From: Candidatus Pacearchaeota archaeon
GTDB taxonomy: Archaea > Nanobdellota > Nanobdellia > Pacearchaeales > GW2011-AR1
Length of the DNA stretch: 64,000 nucleotides
Assembly (NCBI GenBank): GCA_041651235.1
Contig: JBAZJQ010000002.1
Span: 3,434 to 67,433, forward strand
Direction of reading: 5' to 3'
In this document: positions 1-9,426 of the stretch, piece by piece
Position numbering within the stretch: position 1 is the stretch's first letter
Layout of the letters: each line of letters opens with the position of its first letter
Notes under the pieces: generated by a model
What the model saw: the letters and a program-made list of their open reading frames with translations, nothing else
Databases searched by the model: none
What the model was told of the DNA's origin: nothing
Translations under genes and position numbers: made by a program

Positions 1-2
1 TC

Positions 3-134
3 TGGACTAGCCCTGCTGGAACTAAAATTAAAGGTAAAATTTCTGCGGCTCATGGAAATAAGGGACTTGTAAGAGCTATTTTCGAAAAAGGATTGCCTGG
101 ACAAGCAAGAAATACTGAGGTGGATGTAAACTAA
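3..134 (+). CDS. rpl35ae: ribosomal protein eL33 (L35Ae), C-terminal fragment; 5' end lies outside the window
   Basis: Frame 3 is open from the window edge to TAA 132-134: ...KGKISAAHGNKGLVRAIFEKGLPGQARNTEVDVN. This fits the GK(V/I)xxxHGNxGxVRAxF..LP..A tail of L35Ae as I remember it. It is absent from the ORF track because no start lies in the window. Confidence 0.55.
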   Translation, partial: WTSPAGTKIKGKISAAHGNKGLVRAIFEKGLPGQARNTEVDVN

Positions 135-147
135 TTAATACATTAAA

Positions 148-693
148 ATGGCAACAACAAGAAAAGCATTAGCATATTCAAAAAAACAGCCAGTAGTGAA
201 TACTAGACATTCTAGAAAACAGCAGTTTAGTTACATTAAAGCTGTTCCTGTTCAAAAGATTGTAAAATTTAATATGGGAGATATACAAGCTTATCAAAGA
301 GGAGATTTTGGAATTAAGATGACATTAAGCACAGAAGAAAATATTCAAATTAGAGATTTAGCTTTAGAATCTGTTAGACAAACTTTATTAAAGGATATTT
401 CTGTTTTATTCCAGAAAAACTTTTTCTTTAGATGCAATGTTTTTCCGCATAATATTTTAAGAAATAACAGAGTTTTTTCAGGAGCAAGTAAGGGAGAGAG
501 AGTTCAGACAGGAATGACATTAAGTTTTGGAACTCCTGAAGGAAGAGCTGCAATTGTTAAAAGAGGAAACCCTATTTTTACTGTTTATTTTAATGGGGAG
601 AAAAATATCGCTTTTATGAGAAAATTCTTTAGAAAAGCTGCACCAAAATTACCCTGCAAATCAAAAGTTAGTGTAGAGATAATGAAGAAATAA
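148..693 (+). CDS. rpl10e: ribosomal protein uL16 (L10e)
   Basis: 181 aa with a basic N-terminus, ...VPVQKIVKFNMGD... and a C-terminal ...EGRAAIVKRG... pattern typical of archaeal/eukaryotic L10e. It directly follows eL33. Confidence 0.85.
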   Translation: MATTRKALAYSKKQPVVNTRHSRKQQFSYIKAVPVQKIVKFNMGDIQAYQRGDFGIKMTLSTEENIQIRDLALESVRQTLLKDISVLFQKNFFFRCNVFPHNILRNNRVFSGASKGERVQTGMTLSFGTPEGRAAIVKRGNPIFTVYFNGEKNIAFMRKFFRKAAPKLPCKSKVSVEIMKK

Positions 694-840
694 TTCTAAT
701 ATTGATTATTATTGATATATTTATAATTTCAACTTATATTTGTTCTATTGATTAAGCTTAATCTTCATCCTCCTTGTTGTTTGCTTTAAGAGATTATAGC
801 AAATAATCAAAAATAATTCTTGTTTTTGACTAACACAAAC

Positions 841-850
841 TTTAAATATA
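841..850 (+). promoter_or_regulatory. TATA-like box (TTTAAATATA) 30 nt upstream of the ppsA ATG
   Basis: The same TTTAWATA motif at about 29-30 nt from the ATG recurs before several first genes in this window. That spacing implies short or absent leaders. Confidence 0.45.
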
Positions 851-870
851 ATTGCTGATTTTTTATTTAG

Positions 871-3699
871 ATGATAGCAAAAAAAGAAGTTGATTTCAGG
901 GATAAATATATTAAATGGTTTTCTGAATTAAGTAATAAAAATGTTGATATTGCTGGAGGCAAGGGAGCTAGTTTAGGGGAGATGTTTAATAATAAATTTC
1001 CAGTTCCTCCAGGATTTGTAGTGACTGCGCAATCTTTTGCCTACTTTTTAGAACATCATGGATTAGCTGATAAAATTAATAATATCATTCTTGGAATTGA
1101 TATGGAAGATACTGCAGAGCTAGATGAAAAAGCAAAAGAAATTAGAGAATTAATTTTGAAAACAGATATGCCAAGTGATTTGAAAACTGAAATTATTGAA
1201 GCATATAATATTTTAGGAACAGAAAAAATAGAAGGCAAAGGTGTTTCTTCTGATGCATTAACTATTTTAAGAAATGCGCAAGAACCAATTTTTGTTTCTG
1301 TTAGAAGCTCTGCAACTACTGAAGATTCAGCTGATGCGAGTTTTGCTGGACAGCAAGATAGTTTCCTTAATATTAAGGGAGGACATCAAGTTGTTGAGCA
1401 TGTAAAAAAATGTTTTGCAAGTTTGTATACTGCAAGGTCAATTTATTATAGAAAACAAAAAGGAATTCAGGAAGGACAATCTTTGCTTGCAGTTGTTGTT
1501 CAAAAGATGATTGATTCTGAAAAGTCTGGGATTATATTCTCTAGAAATCCAATGACAATGGAAGATGATATTGTTATTGAAGCTGTTTATGGATTAGGAA
1601 CTGGAATTGTTTCTGGATTAATAAAACCGGATAATTATGTAGTATCAAGAGATTTGAAGATAAAAAGCATGACTATTGTAGATAAATTAGTTGCAATTGT
1701 TAGAACTGGTTCTGGTTCAAATGAAAAAGTTAAATTAAGTGCAGAAAGAAGCAAGAGCCAAGTTTTATCTCATTCTCAGATATTAGAAGCTGCAAATCAG
1801 GCAATAAAATTAGAAGAACATTATGGAAAACCACAAGATATCGAATTTGCAGTTGAAGAAGAAAAAATTTATATTGTTCAATCAAGGCCGATAACTACTT
1901 TAAAAACAAATGTTAAAAAAACAGGAGAATTATCTGGAAATATTTTATTAAATGGATTAGGTGCAAGTCCTGGAATTGGTGTTGGAATTGTAAAGATAAT
2001 AAAGGGCATGGAGGATTTATCTAAGATAAAGAAAGGAGATGTTCTTGTTACTGAAATGACTGATCCAGATATGGTTGTAAGTATGCAGAAATCAACTGCA
2101 ATTGTTACTGATGAGGGTGGAATGACTTCGCATGCAGCAATAGTAAGTCGTGAAATGGGAATTCCTGCTATTGTTGGAACTGGAAATGCAACTAGTGTAT
2201 TAAAAGATGGAATGAAAGTTACTGTTGATGGAACTCATGGAAAGGTTTACGAAGGACAAGTTGCAGAAACAAGTGTTATTGAAATAGAACCAATTGTTGA
2301 AACTCATAAGATTAAATTAAAGTTAATTGTAGACTTACCTGAATTTGCTGAAAGAGCTGCTAAATCTGGTATTGATTCGGTGGGGTTATTAAGATTAGAA
2401 GGGATTATTGCAAGCTCAAATAAACATCCTTTATTGTATGAGAAAGAAAATACATTAGAAGATTATACTGAATTATTAAGAAATGGAATTGAAAAGATTT
2501 CCAGGCCATTTAAGTCTGTTTGGATTAGAAGCTCTGATGTGAGAACTGATGAGTTCAGTGGATTAAAGGGAAGTCCTGAAAGAGAAATTAATCCTATGTT
2601 AGGATTGCATGGAATTAGATTTAGTTTGAAGCATCCTAAAATATTTGAAGCTGAATTAAATGCAATTAAAAAAGTTGCTGAAGAGCATCCTAACAAAAAC
2701 TTTGGGGTTATGTTTCCACAAGTAATTTCAATTGAAGAAGTATTAGAGTCTAAGAAAATATTTAATGCAATTGCAAGTGAAAATATGGATTTTGGGGTTA
2801 TGGTTGAAACTCCTGCAGCTGTTCAGGTTATTGAGGACCTTGCAAAAGAAGTTAGTTTTATTAGTTTTGGGACAAATGATTTAACTCAGTTTACCCTTGC
2901 GGTTGATAGGGGGGATGATAATGTTCAGCATTTATATAATGAAATGCATCCTGCTGTTATAGCTCAGATTGAAAAAGTAATTAAAGCCTGCAGAGGAAAA
3001 GTTCAGACAAGTATTTGCGGACAAGCAGGAAGCAATCCAGAAATGGTTGAAAAACTTTTTAGATTTGGAATAGATTCTATTTCAGTTAATGCTGATGCTG
3101 CTAAAAGTATTTCTGAGTTAATCAAGAGCATGGAAGATAAAGGAATTAAACATGGAGCAGAAGGTTCATTAGCTAAAGCTAATGAAAAAACACAAAAGAT
3201 GGAAGTAGAGATGGAGAAGAAAAAATGGGGATTTGATATAACTTGTGATGAATGTGGAAAAATAGACAATGTTCCATTTAAGCCTAAAAAAGGCTGGCCT
3301 GTTTATTGCAAGGAGTGTTATAAAAACAAGAGAAGTAAAAAAAATAATCCTGAATTGCCAACTTTACCTGTTGAATCTCCTAATATAAAACAATATGAAG
3401 AAGACAATAAAAAGATTCAGAAACAATTATTAAATGAAAATATAGGTGCTATTGAGCCCATAAATAATCATAAGAGAATTAATGATATCGCAAATAATAT
3501 TATACAAGAAGTAGAACAAAAAAATAAAAAAGAAGCTGAAAAAGACAAAGAAAAAGATGATGATATTCTTATGGAGCCTGGAGATGATTTTAATTTAAGA
3601 GATAGTCTAGGAGTTTATAATCCTGATGAAGAAACAGGCAAAAGCCAGTATGATTATAGTTTTGAAGATGGGGAAGATGAGTATAGTGATGTGTTTTAG
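871..3699 (+). CDS. ppsA: phosphoenolpyruvate synthase (pyruvate, water dikinase) with a roughly 190-aa C-terminal extension
   Basis: N-terminal PEP/pyruvate-binding ATP-grasp region. Phosphohistidine swivel motif TDEGGMTSHAAIVSREMGIPAIVG. PEP-utilising TIM-barrel motifs SFGTNDLTQFTLAVDR and ICGQAG. The extra tail carries a CxxC...CxxC motif and K/E/D-rich low complexity. Confidence 0.85.
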   Translation: MIAKKEVDFRDKYIKWFSELSNKNVDIAGGKGASLGEMFNNKFPVPPGFVVTAQSFAYFLEHHGLADKINNIILGIDMEDTAELDEKAKEIRELILKTDMPSDLKTEIIEAYNILGTEKIEGKGVSSDALTILRNAQEPIFVSVRSSATTEDSADASFAGQQDSFLNIKGGHQVVEHVKKCFASLYTARSIYYRKQKGIQEGQSLLAVVVQKMIDSEKSGIIFSRNPMTMEDDIVIEAVYGLGTGIVSGLIKPDNYVVSRDLKIKSMTIVDKLVAIVRTGSGSNEKVKLSAERSKSQVLSHSQILEAANQAIKLEEHYGKPQDIEFAVEEEKIYIVQSRPITTLKTNVKKTGELSGNILLNGLGASPGIGVGIVKIIKGMEDLSKIKKGDVLVTEMTDPDMVVSMQKSTAIVTDEGGMTSHAAIVSREMGIPAIVGTGNATSVLKDGMKVTVDGTHGKVYEGQVAETSVIEIEPIVETHKIKLKLIVDLPEFAERAAKSGIDSVGLLRLEGIIASSNKHPLLYEKENTLEDYTELLRNGIEKISRPFKSVWIRSSDVRTDEFSGLKGSPEREINPMLGLHGIRFSLKHPKIFEAELNAIKKVAEEHPNKNFGVMFPQVISIEEVLESKKIFNAIASENMDFGVMVETPAAVQVIEDLAKEVSFISFGTNDLTQFTLAVDRGDDNVQHLYNEMHPAVIAQIEKVIKACRGKVQTSICGQAGSNPEMVEKLFRFGIDSISVNADAAKSISELIKSMEDKGIKHGAEGSLAKANEKTQKMEVEMEKKKWGFDITCDECGKIDNVPFKPKKGWPVYCKECYKNKRSKKNNPELPTLPVESPNIKQYEEDNKKIQKQLLNENIGAIEPINNHKRINDIANNIIQEVEQKNKKEAEKDKEKDDDILMEPGDDFNLRDSLGVYNPDEETGKSQYDYSFEDGEDEYSDVF

Positions 3700-3721
3700 A
3701 TTCTAAAATAAAAAAATAATT

Positions 3722-4585
3722 TTATTTCTGTTTATTATTTGCTATAAACATGACAATTCCTGCAGCCAGGGTTACTAATCCAAATAAAATTGCAGAAAGA
3801 CTTGAATTTGTTGAATTTCCTATAACTGCTCCAGTCATCTTATTTGTTGATAATAAAACTCCAAAACCTGTTAAGGTTAATATAGTGCCAGTTAATTTAG
3901 GAATATAACTTTCCAAAGTTTTGTAAGATTTCTCTTTTAGTTCGTTTACCCCTGCAATAATTGCAGTCTTAACTGCATGATACTTATTTTTATCTATTAC
4001 TCCTTTTTCATATAATACATTAAATGCTGCATCAGCAAATCTTGCTTTTTCTATTTGTTCAAAGGATTTTGCAAGTTGAGGAAGATTTTTTGAATAATTG
4101 CCTGATCTGATTAACGAGTATAATTTATTGAATGCGCCAAAGGTTTTGTCTAATTCTTTTTCTCCTTTTAATATTTCTCTTGCCCATCCCCCTGTCCAAA
4201 AGCGTTTAGAAGCCTCTCCTAAACTTTTTCTAAGAATGAATTCTTTTCCAAGTTCATTGAACATTTCCCCTGAAGATACATATCCTGCCAACTTTTCTAT
4301 AATTGCTTTTTTTGCTTTTTCAGGAGTTTTAAATTTGCCTCCAGTATATTTTCCTTCTTTTATATTCTGAACTTCTTCATTAACATAATTTTTTAGTGCT
4401 TTAGGATCAATATAACTTGCTATAAAGTTTTCCTGATTTGCAAATCTTGGATGCTCTTCAACAAGTGTTTCAATTCCCTCCTTTATTGCAGAATCAACAA
4501 TTTCTCCTAAATTAATTAAAGATTTTTTGTTAGGATTATTCCTTTTATCCTCTCTTTTATTACCTCTTCTTTGGTTTCTTGTCAT
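3722..4585 (-). CDS. hypothetical protein with a basic N-terminus and two C-terminal TM helices
   Basis: 287-aa ORF. The C-terminus LTGTILTLTGFGVLLS...LSAILFGLVTLAAGIVMFI is hydrophobic. It is last in a three-gene minus-strand cassette (RHH, Zn-ribbon, this gene). No family recognised. Confidence 0.5.
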   Translation of the reverse strand: MTRNQRRGNKREDKRNNPNKKSLINLGEIVDSAIKEGIETLVEEHPRFANQENFIASYIDPKALKNYVNEEVQNIKEGKYTGGKFKTPEKAKKAIIEKLAGYVSSGEMFNELGKEFILRKSLGEASKRFWTGGWAREILKGEKELDKTFGAFNKLYSLIRSGNYSKNLPQLAKSFEQIEKARFADAAFNVLYEKGVIDKNKYHAVKTAIIAGVNELKEKSYKTLESYIPKLTGTILTLTGFGVLLSTNKMTGAVIGNSTNSSLSAILFGLVTLAAGIVMFIANNKQK

Positions 4586-4636
4586 AAATATAATAAAATA
4601 AAGTATTATTTAAATTTAATTGAAAAAATAAAATAA

Positions 4637-4840
4637 TTAATTTTCTATTTTTCTTACTCTTCTATTGTTTTTGTCTAATTCAATAAAGATCGAAAAGTCT
4701 TTAGGAATAGATTTTCCTTCTTTAATTCTGAAATAATTGTCTTTGTTAATTAAATCGTAACAATCATTACAAACAGCTTTTTGTCTGATTATTCCCGTTG
4801 CTTTTCTTTTTTTGCATCTTTGGCATTTTGGGTGTTTCAT
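4637..4840 (-). CDS. small zinc-ribbon protein
   Basis: 67 aa with CQRC...CNDC. Its ATG overlaps the stop of the upstream RHH ORF (ATGA). Confidence 0.5.
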   Translation of the reverse strand: MKHPKCQRCKKRKATGIIRQKAVCNDCYDLINKDNYFRIKEGKSIPKDFSIFIELDKNNRRVRKIEN

Positions 4841-4977
4841 TTCTTGTTTTCTCCTAAGAATTTAGTTAACGAGTATTCTATAATATGACTTCTGTTTCTG
4901 AATTTGCTGTCTCTAAGGGCATTTTCCAGTAATCTGATTATTCTTTTGTCTATTGTAATTGATATCTTTTGTTTCAT
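4837..4977 (-). CDS. ribbon-helix-helix (CopG/Arc-like) DNA-binding protein, below the ORF-track cutoff
   Basis: Manual translation gives MKQKISITIDKRIIRLLENALRDSKFRNRSHIIEYSLTKFLGENKK (46 aa). The beta-strand (ISITID) followed by two helices is the RHH layout. It is a clear paralogue of the ORF at 14202-14345. Confidence 0.6.
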   Translation of the reverse strand: MKQKISITIDKRIIRLLENALRDSKFRNRSHIIEYSLTKFLGENKK

Positions 4978-5102
4978 TTTAAGTCGTTTCTTGTAAAATC
5001 ATACTATATCCTACCTTTATAAATGTTCCTATTTGTTACTACTAATTAGTTTCATCAATAGAAAGATTTATAAAGTTCATTTGAGCTATAAAATTAAGAA
5101 AA

Positions 5103-5648
5103 ATGGCAAAAGAAAACTTAGAAAATCTAGCAAATTATCAATGGGCACAATTAGCTGCTCAGAAATTAGAAAATAGGCAATTAGATATAGCTTTGCCAGC
5201 AATGCAAAAACATTATTCTCAATATGGATTAGAAAATGATCCTATTTTAGCAGGAGCCTTTAATGATGCTTATACAGGCATACAAACTGGAAATTTAACA
5301 AGTAGAGGATTATTAGAAGCAATCTCAGTTTATTCTAGTAAATATGAAAAAGCAAGAGATGAAACTATTGTTTCTGATTTAATAAAAGAATCAGGATATA
5401 AATTATCTGATGAAGCAAGAGCAGGATTAAGCAAATATGAAAATTGGAAATATAAGGATTTAATAAGTGCTGCTAAGGACAAAAAGAATAAAGATGATAA
5501 AGAATTAAAGAAAGCAGCTTCAACTGTACAAATACTTGAAAATTACAAATTTGAAGCAAGACTTACTCCTGAGATGATTACAGAAAATGTTGATAATCAG
5601 ATGGAAGCATTTTATCCTAAAAAAGAAGAGAAGGATAAGAAAGATTAG
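5103..5648 (+). CDS. hypothetical protein (helical, K/E-rich tail)
   Basis: 181-aa ORF with a TATA-like ATTTATAAAG about 37 nt upstream. No recognisable family. Confidence 0.45.
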   Translation: MAKENLENLANYQWAQLAAQKLENRQLDIALPAMQKHYSQYGLENDPILAGAFNDAYTGIQTGNLTSRGLLEAISVYSSKYEKARDETIVSDLIKESGYKLSDEARAGLSKYENWKYKDLISAAKDKKNKDDKELKKAASTVQILENYKFEARLTPEMITENVDNQMEAFYPKKEEKDKKD

Positions 5649-5672
5649 GAATTCATTTTTTTAATTTTATTT

Positions 5673-5792
5673 ATTGATAATCTATTAAGACATGAGCTTT
5701 GCAGATGAGTTGATTAAGATTTATTTGAATTTATGATTGAAGATTTTAATGAACAAATATCTTGTTATTTATTTTATAAGATTATTGATAAA
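5673..5792. repeat. intergenic MITE-like repeat, copy R2 (left arm + core, possible right arm)
   Basis: ttgataatctattaagacatgagctttgcagatgagttgattaagatt, with a possible inverted arm tttataagattattgat at 5773-5790. Boundaries are approximate. Confidence 0.55.
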
Positions 5793-5851
5793 TTTGTTTA
5801 GATTATTCCCCAAGAAACAATCTGATTTTTGTTTAATATTAATATAGTTAA

Positions 5852-6694
5852 TCAGATTATTTCTTCAATCAACTTCATGACAACTTTGAAGAATTCTTCT
5901 GCTTTATCTTGCCAGCCATCAATAATATCTCCATCTAAATTTTTTATATCTCCATGCATTATTCTTCTATGCAAATCATATAAATCTCTGAAATCAGTTA
6001 CACATTGTATTTTCATTAATTTCTTGTCTACAAAATGCTCTTTTAATAATAATGGTATGTGTTCTGGACTTGGTGGAAGAACTTTAATAGACATTAATAG
6101 TGCTTGAGCAGCATCAACAAATGCCCAATAACATCCTTCAATTGCAGATATTTCTGATAATCTGCTTCTTGTAATGTGATTAGGAACTCTATTTAGTGCA
6201 ATGTAAATTGCTTCTGGACTTGGTTTTATTTTTCCTTGTTCTAAAATTATTTTTAGTGGATTAAAAAATCCTCCGAAATCAATAATTGTTTCTCCATATC
6301 TTATTGCATTAATAATCACAGGATCTCCTCTAATTAAATCAGACCACCAAGTACTTAGTTTAATTGTATTGATATGAAGGTCTTGGCCATAGGGATTCCC
6401 TTGGATAATTTTTCCTAATTCTTCTCTATACCATAAAATTGTTTTTTCATCAAATTTAATTGATGCATCATCAACAATAATAATTATATCAATATCAGAA
6501 CCAACCACTTCTGTATTTTTTACTGTTGAACCAAAGAGAATTATTGATTTAATCAACTTATCAAATTTTTTGTAGACTTTTGTTGCAAAATCCATTGCAA
6601 TATCTCTTTCTGATTTTAAGTTTAACTGAGGCAATTGTTTCTTAGAAACTTTTTTATGAGCTTTTTCTTTTTTCATCTCTCTTATATAATACAA
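5852..6694 (-). CDS. nucleotidyltransferase (Pol-beta/MNT-type) fused to an all-helical HEPN-like C-terminal domain
   Basis: NTase signature ILFGSTVKNTEVVGSDIDIIIIVDD. The C-terminal 150 aa is helical, but I do not see a clean Rx4-6H HEPN motif. Confidence 0.6.
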   Translation of the reverse strand: MYYIREMKKEKAHKKVSKKQLPQLNLKSERDIAMDFATKVYKKFDKLIKSIILFGSTVKNTEVVGSDIDIIIIVDDASIKFDEKTILWYREELGKIIQGNPYGQDLHINTIKLSTWWSDLIRGDPVIINAIRYGETIIDFGGFFNPLKIILEQGKIKPSPEAIYIALNRVPNHITRSRLSEISAIEGCYWAFVDAAQALLMSIKVLPPSPEHIPLLLKEHFVDKKLMKIQCVTDFRDLYDLHRRIMHGDIKNLDGDIIDGWQDKAEEFFKVVMKLIEEII

Positions 6695-6823
6695 TATATA
6701 TTTTAGTTTTTAAATGTTTATTTTATTATGTTTTGCATATTATTGCAAATAAAAGTGTTAAGATAGTTATAAATTCTGTAGGGCTGTTTCCAAAAATATA
6801 CAAAATTTCTTTTAAATCAATTT

Positions 6824-6916
6824 TCATTTGAAAGCTTTTCCAGTTATGAATAAGTATCCAATTATAATTAAAAAAATTATTACAATTATCCACATAATTA
6901 TATCTTGTACTTTCAT
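6824..6916 (-). CDS. 30-aa single-TM micro-protein, below the ORF-track cutoff
   Basis: MKVQDIIMWIIVIIFLIIIGYLFITGKAFK. Its ATG lies 1 nt after the stop of the 588-aa gene, the same stop+1 nt+ATG coupling seen elsewhere in the window. Confidence 0.35.
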   Translation of the reverse strand: MKVQDIIMWIIVIIFLIIIGYLFITGKAFK

Positions 6917-6917
6917 T

Positions 6918-8684
6918 TTATTGATTAGGTGTTCCTGAAAACTGACTTGTATCTCCTGAACCTGGCATTGCTCCACCTAATTCAGTTGGAAGTCTCGCAA
7001 AACTTGCTCCCCAAGTTGAGTGATATATTGGGGGATTAATTGCTCCTGTTCCTGAAAAATATGCTCCTGGAACTCCTATCTGGTTCCAGTATGGACCTGC
7101 TCCTGTTGAATATATAGAAGAGCCTGTTGCTTCTAATACATAGGGGTGAGGACTTGTTTTAAATTGACTAAAAAATTCTCCTCCTTCAAAAACCTTTTTT
7201 CCTCTGAATTTTTTTTCTTCTAAAACTTCTAATACATCTCTTAGAGGAACATTTCCCATTCCAGGAGGAAGATCAGTATGAGTTGAACCTAGATTATCAT
7301 TGAAATGAACATGCTTCACATAAGGAGCAACATGTCTTGTTTCTTCAACGATTTTTTCATTTCCAAAACCTTGCTTTCTAATCATTCCTATATGAGATGT
7401 ATCCCAAGTAACTCCAATTAATTTTTCAGCTATTTTTTCTGCTTCTGATTTTGACTTTCCTTCTTCTGTTAATTTTTTAACAAATTGTTCTCTTGTTTGT
7501 ATAACTAAATCTTTTAAATCTTTTCCACTTGCAAGAGCAGCACCATAAGGAGGATTTTCAATACTTAATATAGGAGCATTATTACCAAATTCTTCATAAG
7601 CTTTGTATGCGACATTACTTAGTGTTTTACTTGCATTTTCTTTTGTAAATTTTTCAATGGATTCATAAACTTGAGGGGTATGTTGGTCTGTTACTGCTTG
7701 CATTGCTCCGATTAATTGCTGAATTGCTGATGAAAAACCAGATGGATCTCTTCCCATTGATTTTCTAATATTAGGACCTACTTCTTCTGCAACTTTTCTT
7801 AATTTTGCTCTTGTTTCTTCATCTGCATATTTATATGCTTTGTTGTATAACCCCTGCAAACTCTGATAAGTATTATTTAAAAATATCTGGGCATTATTAA
7901 CATCATTAATTGCAGTTATTTCCCTAGGATCTAATTTTTCTGGATCTTTTATACCTTGGGTTAATGCTTCTGCTGCAATAGGCAAAGCATTTCTTAATAT
8001 TTGATCTCCCCTGTCTTTATAAAAAACTAATTGAGATAGTTCATTATCCCAATAAGAATTATTAGCTATTTTTAGTTCCTCTTCAGGTTTGTATATTTTT
8101 CCTTCTGCTAATTCTTTTCCTTCATGGTGAGGATAATATCTAGTTTCTCTTGCTAATGGAATAAACTTTCCTGATTCTCTATCAACTGCAACCATTCTTC
8201 CAAGAACTTCTCCTTGTTCTTTATCTGGGATCATTTCTGAACCTGGTATCATTCCTGCTGCATGAATTGTTACAGGAATATTTCCATTAGGATTTAGTTC
8301 ATGCCCTCTTTCCACAACATTCCATATTTGTCTTTCTGCTAGTTCTCTATTTTCTTTGCTCCATCCTTGTTCCCCAATAAATCCGGCAGGGTCAATTATT
8401 GGAGAATGTAATGTAGATTCTGCACCTGTTAGTTCATTTAATCTTCTTATTTCTTCAAATTGGTTTTTAGGAATTGATTCAAAAACCTTCATATCAGTAA
8501 GAGAAACTTCTGTTGTTTTCATTCCTTGATTTAATAATTTGCTTACTTCTGATAATTGATTTGCAGTTTGGATGCTTGTTGTTCCTCCAAGTTCTCCTGC
8601 AGGAATCCTAAACCCAGTAAAATTTCCATAATTAGGATCAAGAAGATAAGTTGTTCCTGGATAGATATTTTCATAGTCTGCCAT
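6918..8684 (-). CDS. xylose-isomerase-like (AP endonuclease 2 family) TIM-barrel protein with a large internal insertion and a Gly/Pro-rich tail
   Basis: 588 aa. An N-terminal barrel-like segment (...ESTLHSPIIDP..., ...VTIHAAG...) and a C-terminal segment VKHVHFNDNLGSTHTDLPPGMGNVPLRDVLEVLEE are typical of sugar-phosphate isomerase/epimerase barrels. They are separated by about 250 aa of unrelated helical sequence. Confidence 0.5.
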   Translation of the reverse strand: MADYENIYPGTTYLLDPNYGNFTGFRIPAGELGGTTSIQTANQLSEVSKLLNQGMKTTEVSLTDMKVFESIPKNQFEEIRRLNELTGAESTLHSPIIDPAGFIGEQGWSKENRELAERQIWNVVERGHELNPNGNIPVTIHAAGMIPGSEMIPDKEQGEVLGRMVAVDRESGKFIPLARETRYYPHHEGKELAEGKIYKPEEELKIANNSYWDNELSQLVFYKDRGDQILRNALPIAAEALTQGIKDPEKLDPREITAINDVNNAQIFLNNTYQSLQGLYNKAYKYADEETRAKLRKVAEEVGPNIRKSMGRDPSGFSSAIQQLIGAMQAVTDQHTPQVYESIEKFTKENASKTLSNVAYKAYEEFGNNAPILSIENPPYGAALASGKDLKDLVIQTREQFVKKLTEEGKSKSEAEKIAEKLIGVTWDTSHIGMIRKQGFGNEKIVEETRHVAPYVKHVHFNDNLGSTHTDLPPGMGNVPLRDVLEVLEEKKFRGKKVFEGGEFFSQFKTSPHPYVLEATGSSIYSTGAGPYWNQIGVPGAYFSGTGAINPPIYHSTWGASFARLPTELGGAMPGSGDTSQFSGTPNQ

Positions 8685-8758
8685 TTTGTTTGTTTTGATG
8701 TTGATTTATTATTTAAACTAAATTTTGATATTTAGTTATAATTTAATTGGACATTATA

Positions 8759-8790
8759 TTGAGCTTCTGTTGTTTAGCTTAACATCAGTA
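8759..8790. repeat. intergenic repeat, partial copy R3 (core variant)
   Basis: ttgagcttctgttgtttagcttaacatcag resembles the cores at 34627-34650 and 38917-38940. Confidence 0.4.
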
Positions 8791-8883
8791 TTCAAATTTT
8801 AATGAATAAATGTTTTTTGTTGTTAATTATTAATGCTTTATATTTCTTCCCCTCTTTTATAATATTATATTATTTTTATATTA

Positions 8884-9426
8884 TTAAAACCTTCTTTTTC
8901 TTTGAAAAGGCAGTCTTCTATCTTCTTCTTCAGTTGCTTTTCTCATATGCTGATATGAATCTTCTTCTTGTTCAGGATAACCAAATTGCTGTTCAAATTG
9001 TCTTGGATTAATTGTTTGCTGTGAATTTTGAAAAGTTGTTAAATTTGGATTTGCTAGAGTTACATTAGGCATTGCTAAATCTCTTTCTTTTGGTATTTGT
9101 TCATAAGAAGGAGTAGAAGTGTATGGCAAAGAAGCATTAGAACTAGTATAAGGTTTATCTTGTATTTGTGTTTGAGATGTTTGAACATTTTCTAAATCTA
9201 TTTCTAAATCTCTAACTGGTTCTATTGTTTCAGGTTGAAGTATTGGAGAAACTCTTCTTATTGGAAAATCTTCAAAATTTCTTGATGTAATCGGAGTTAT
9301 CTCTTGATTATCCCAACCTAAACTCACTTTTTTCTCTTCCTTAGGTTCAATTATTTCTTTTTTGATAATTGGTTTAAATCCTTTTAATTTTCCTTTAATC
9401 TTATTTTTTTTAGATGATTTTTTCAT
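8884..9426 (-). CDS. hypothetical Pro/Gln/Thr-rich protein
   Basis: 180-aa ORF lying between the 485-aa and 588-aa genes on the same strand. Basic termini with a low-complexity middle. Confidence 0.4.
   Translation of the reverse strand: MKKSSKKNKIKGKLKGFKPIIKKEIIEPKEEKKVSLGWDNQEITPITSRNFEDFPIRRVSPILQPETIEPVRDLEIDLENVQTSQTQIQDKPYTSSNASLPYTSTPSYEQIPKERDLAMPNVTLANPNLTTFQNSQQTINPRQFEQQFGYPEQEEDSYQHMRKATEEEDRRLPFQRKRRF

Noticed and set aside
5673-5722. Interpretation of the repeat cores (GATGAG..TGATTAA, TTGATGA) as C/D-box sRNAs.
   Set aside because: C-box-like UGAUGA strings are present. However, I could not find consistently placed D/D' CUGA boxes or the expected 12-nt guide spacing, so the similarity is probably coincidental.
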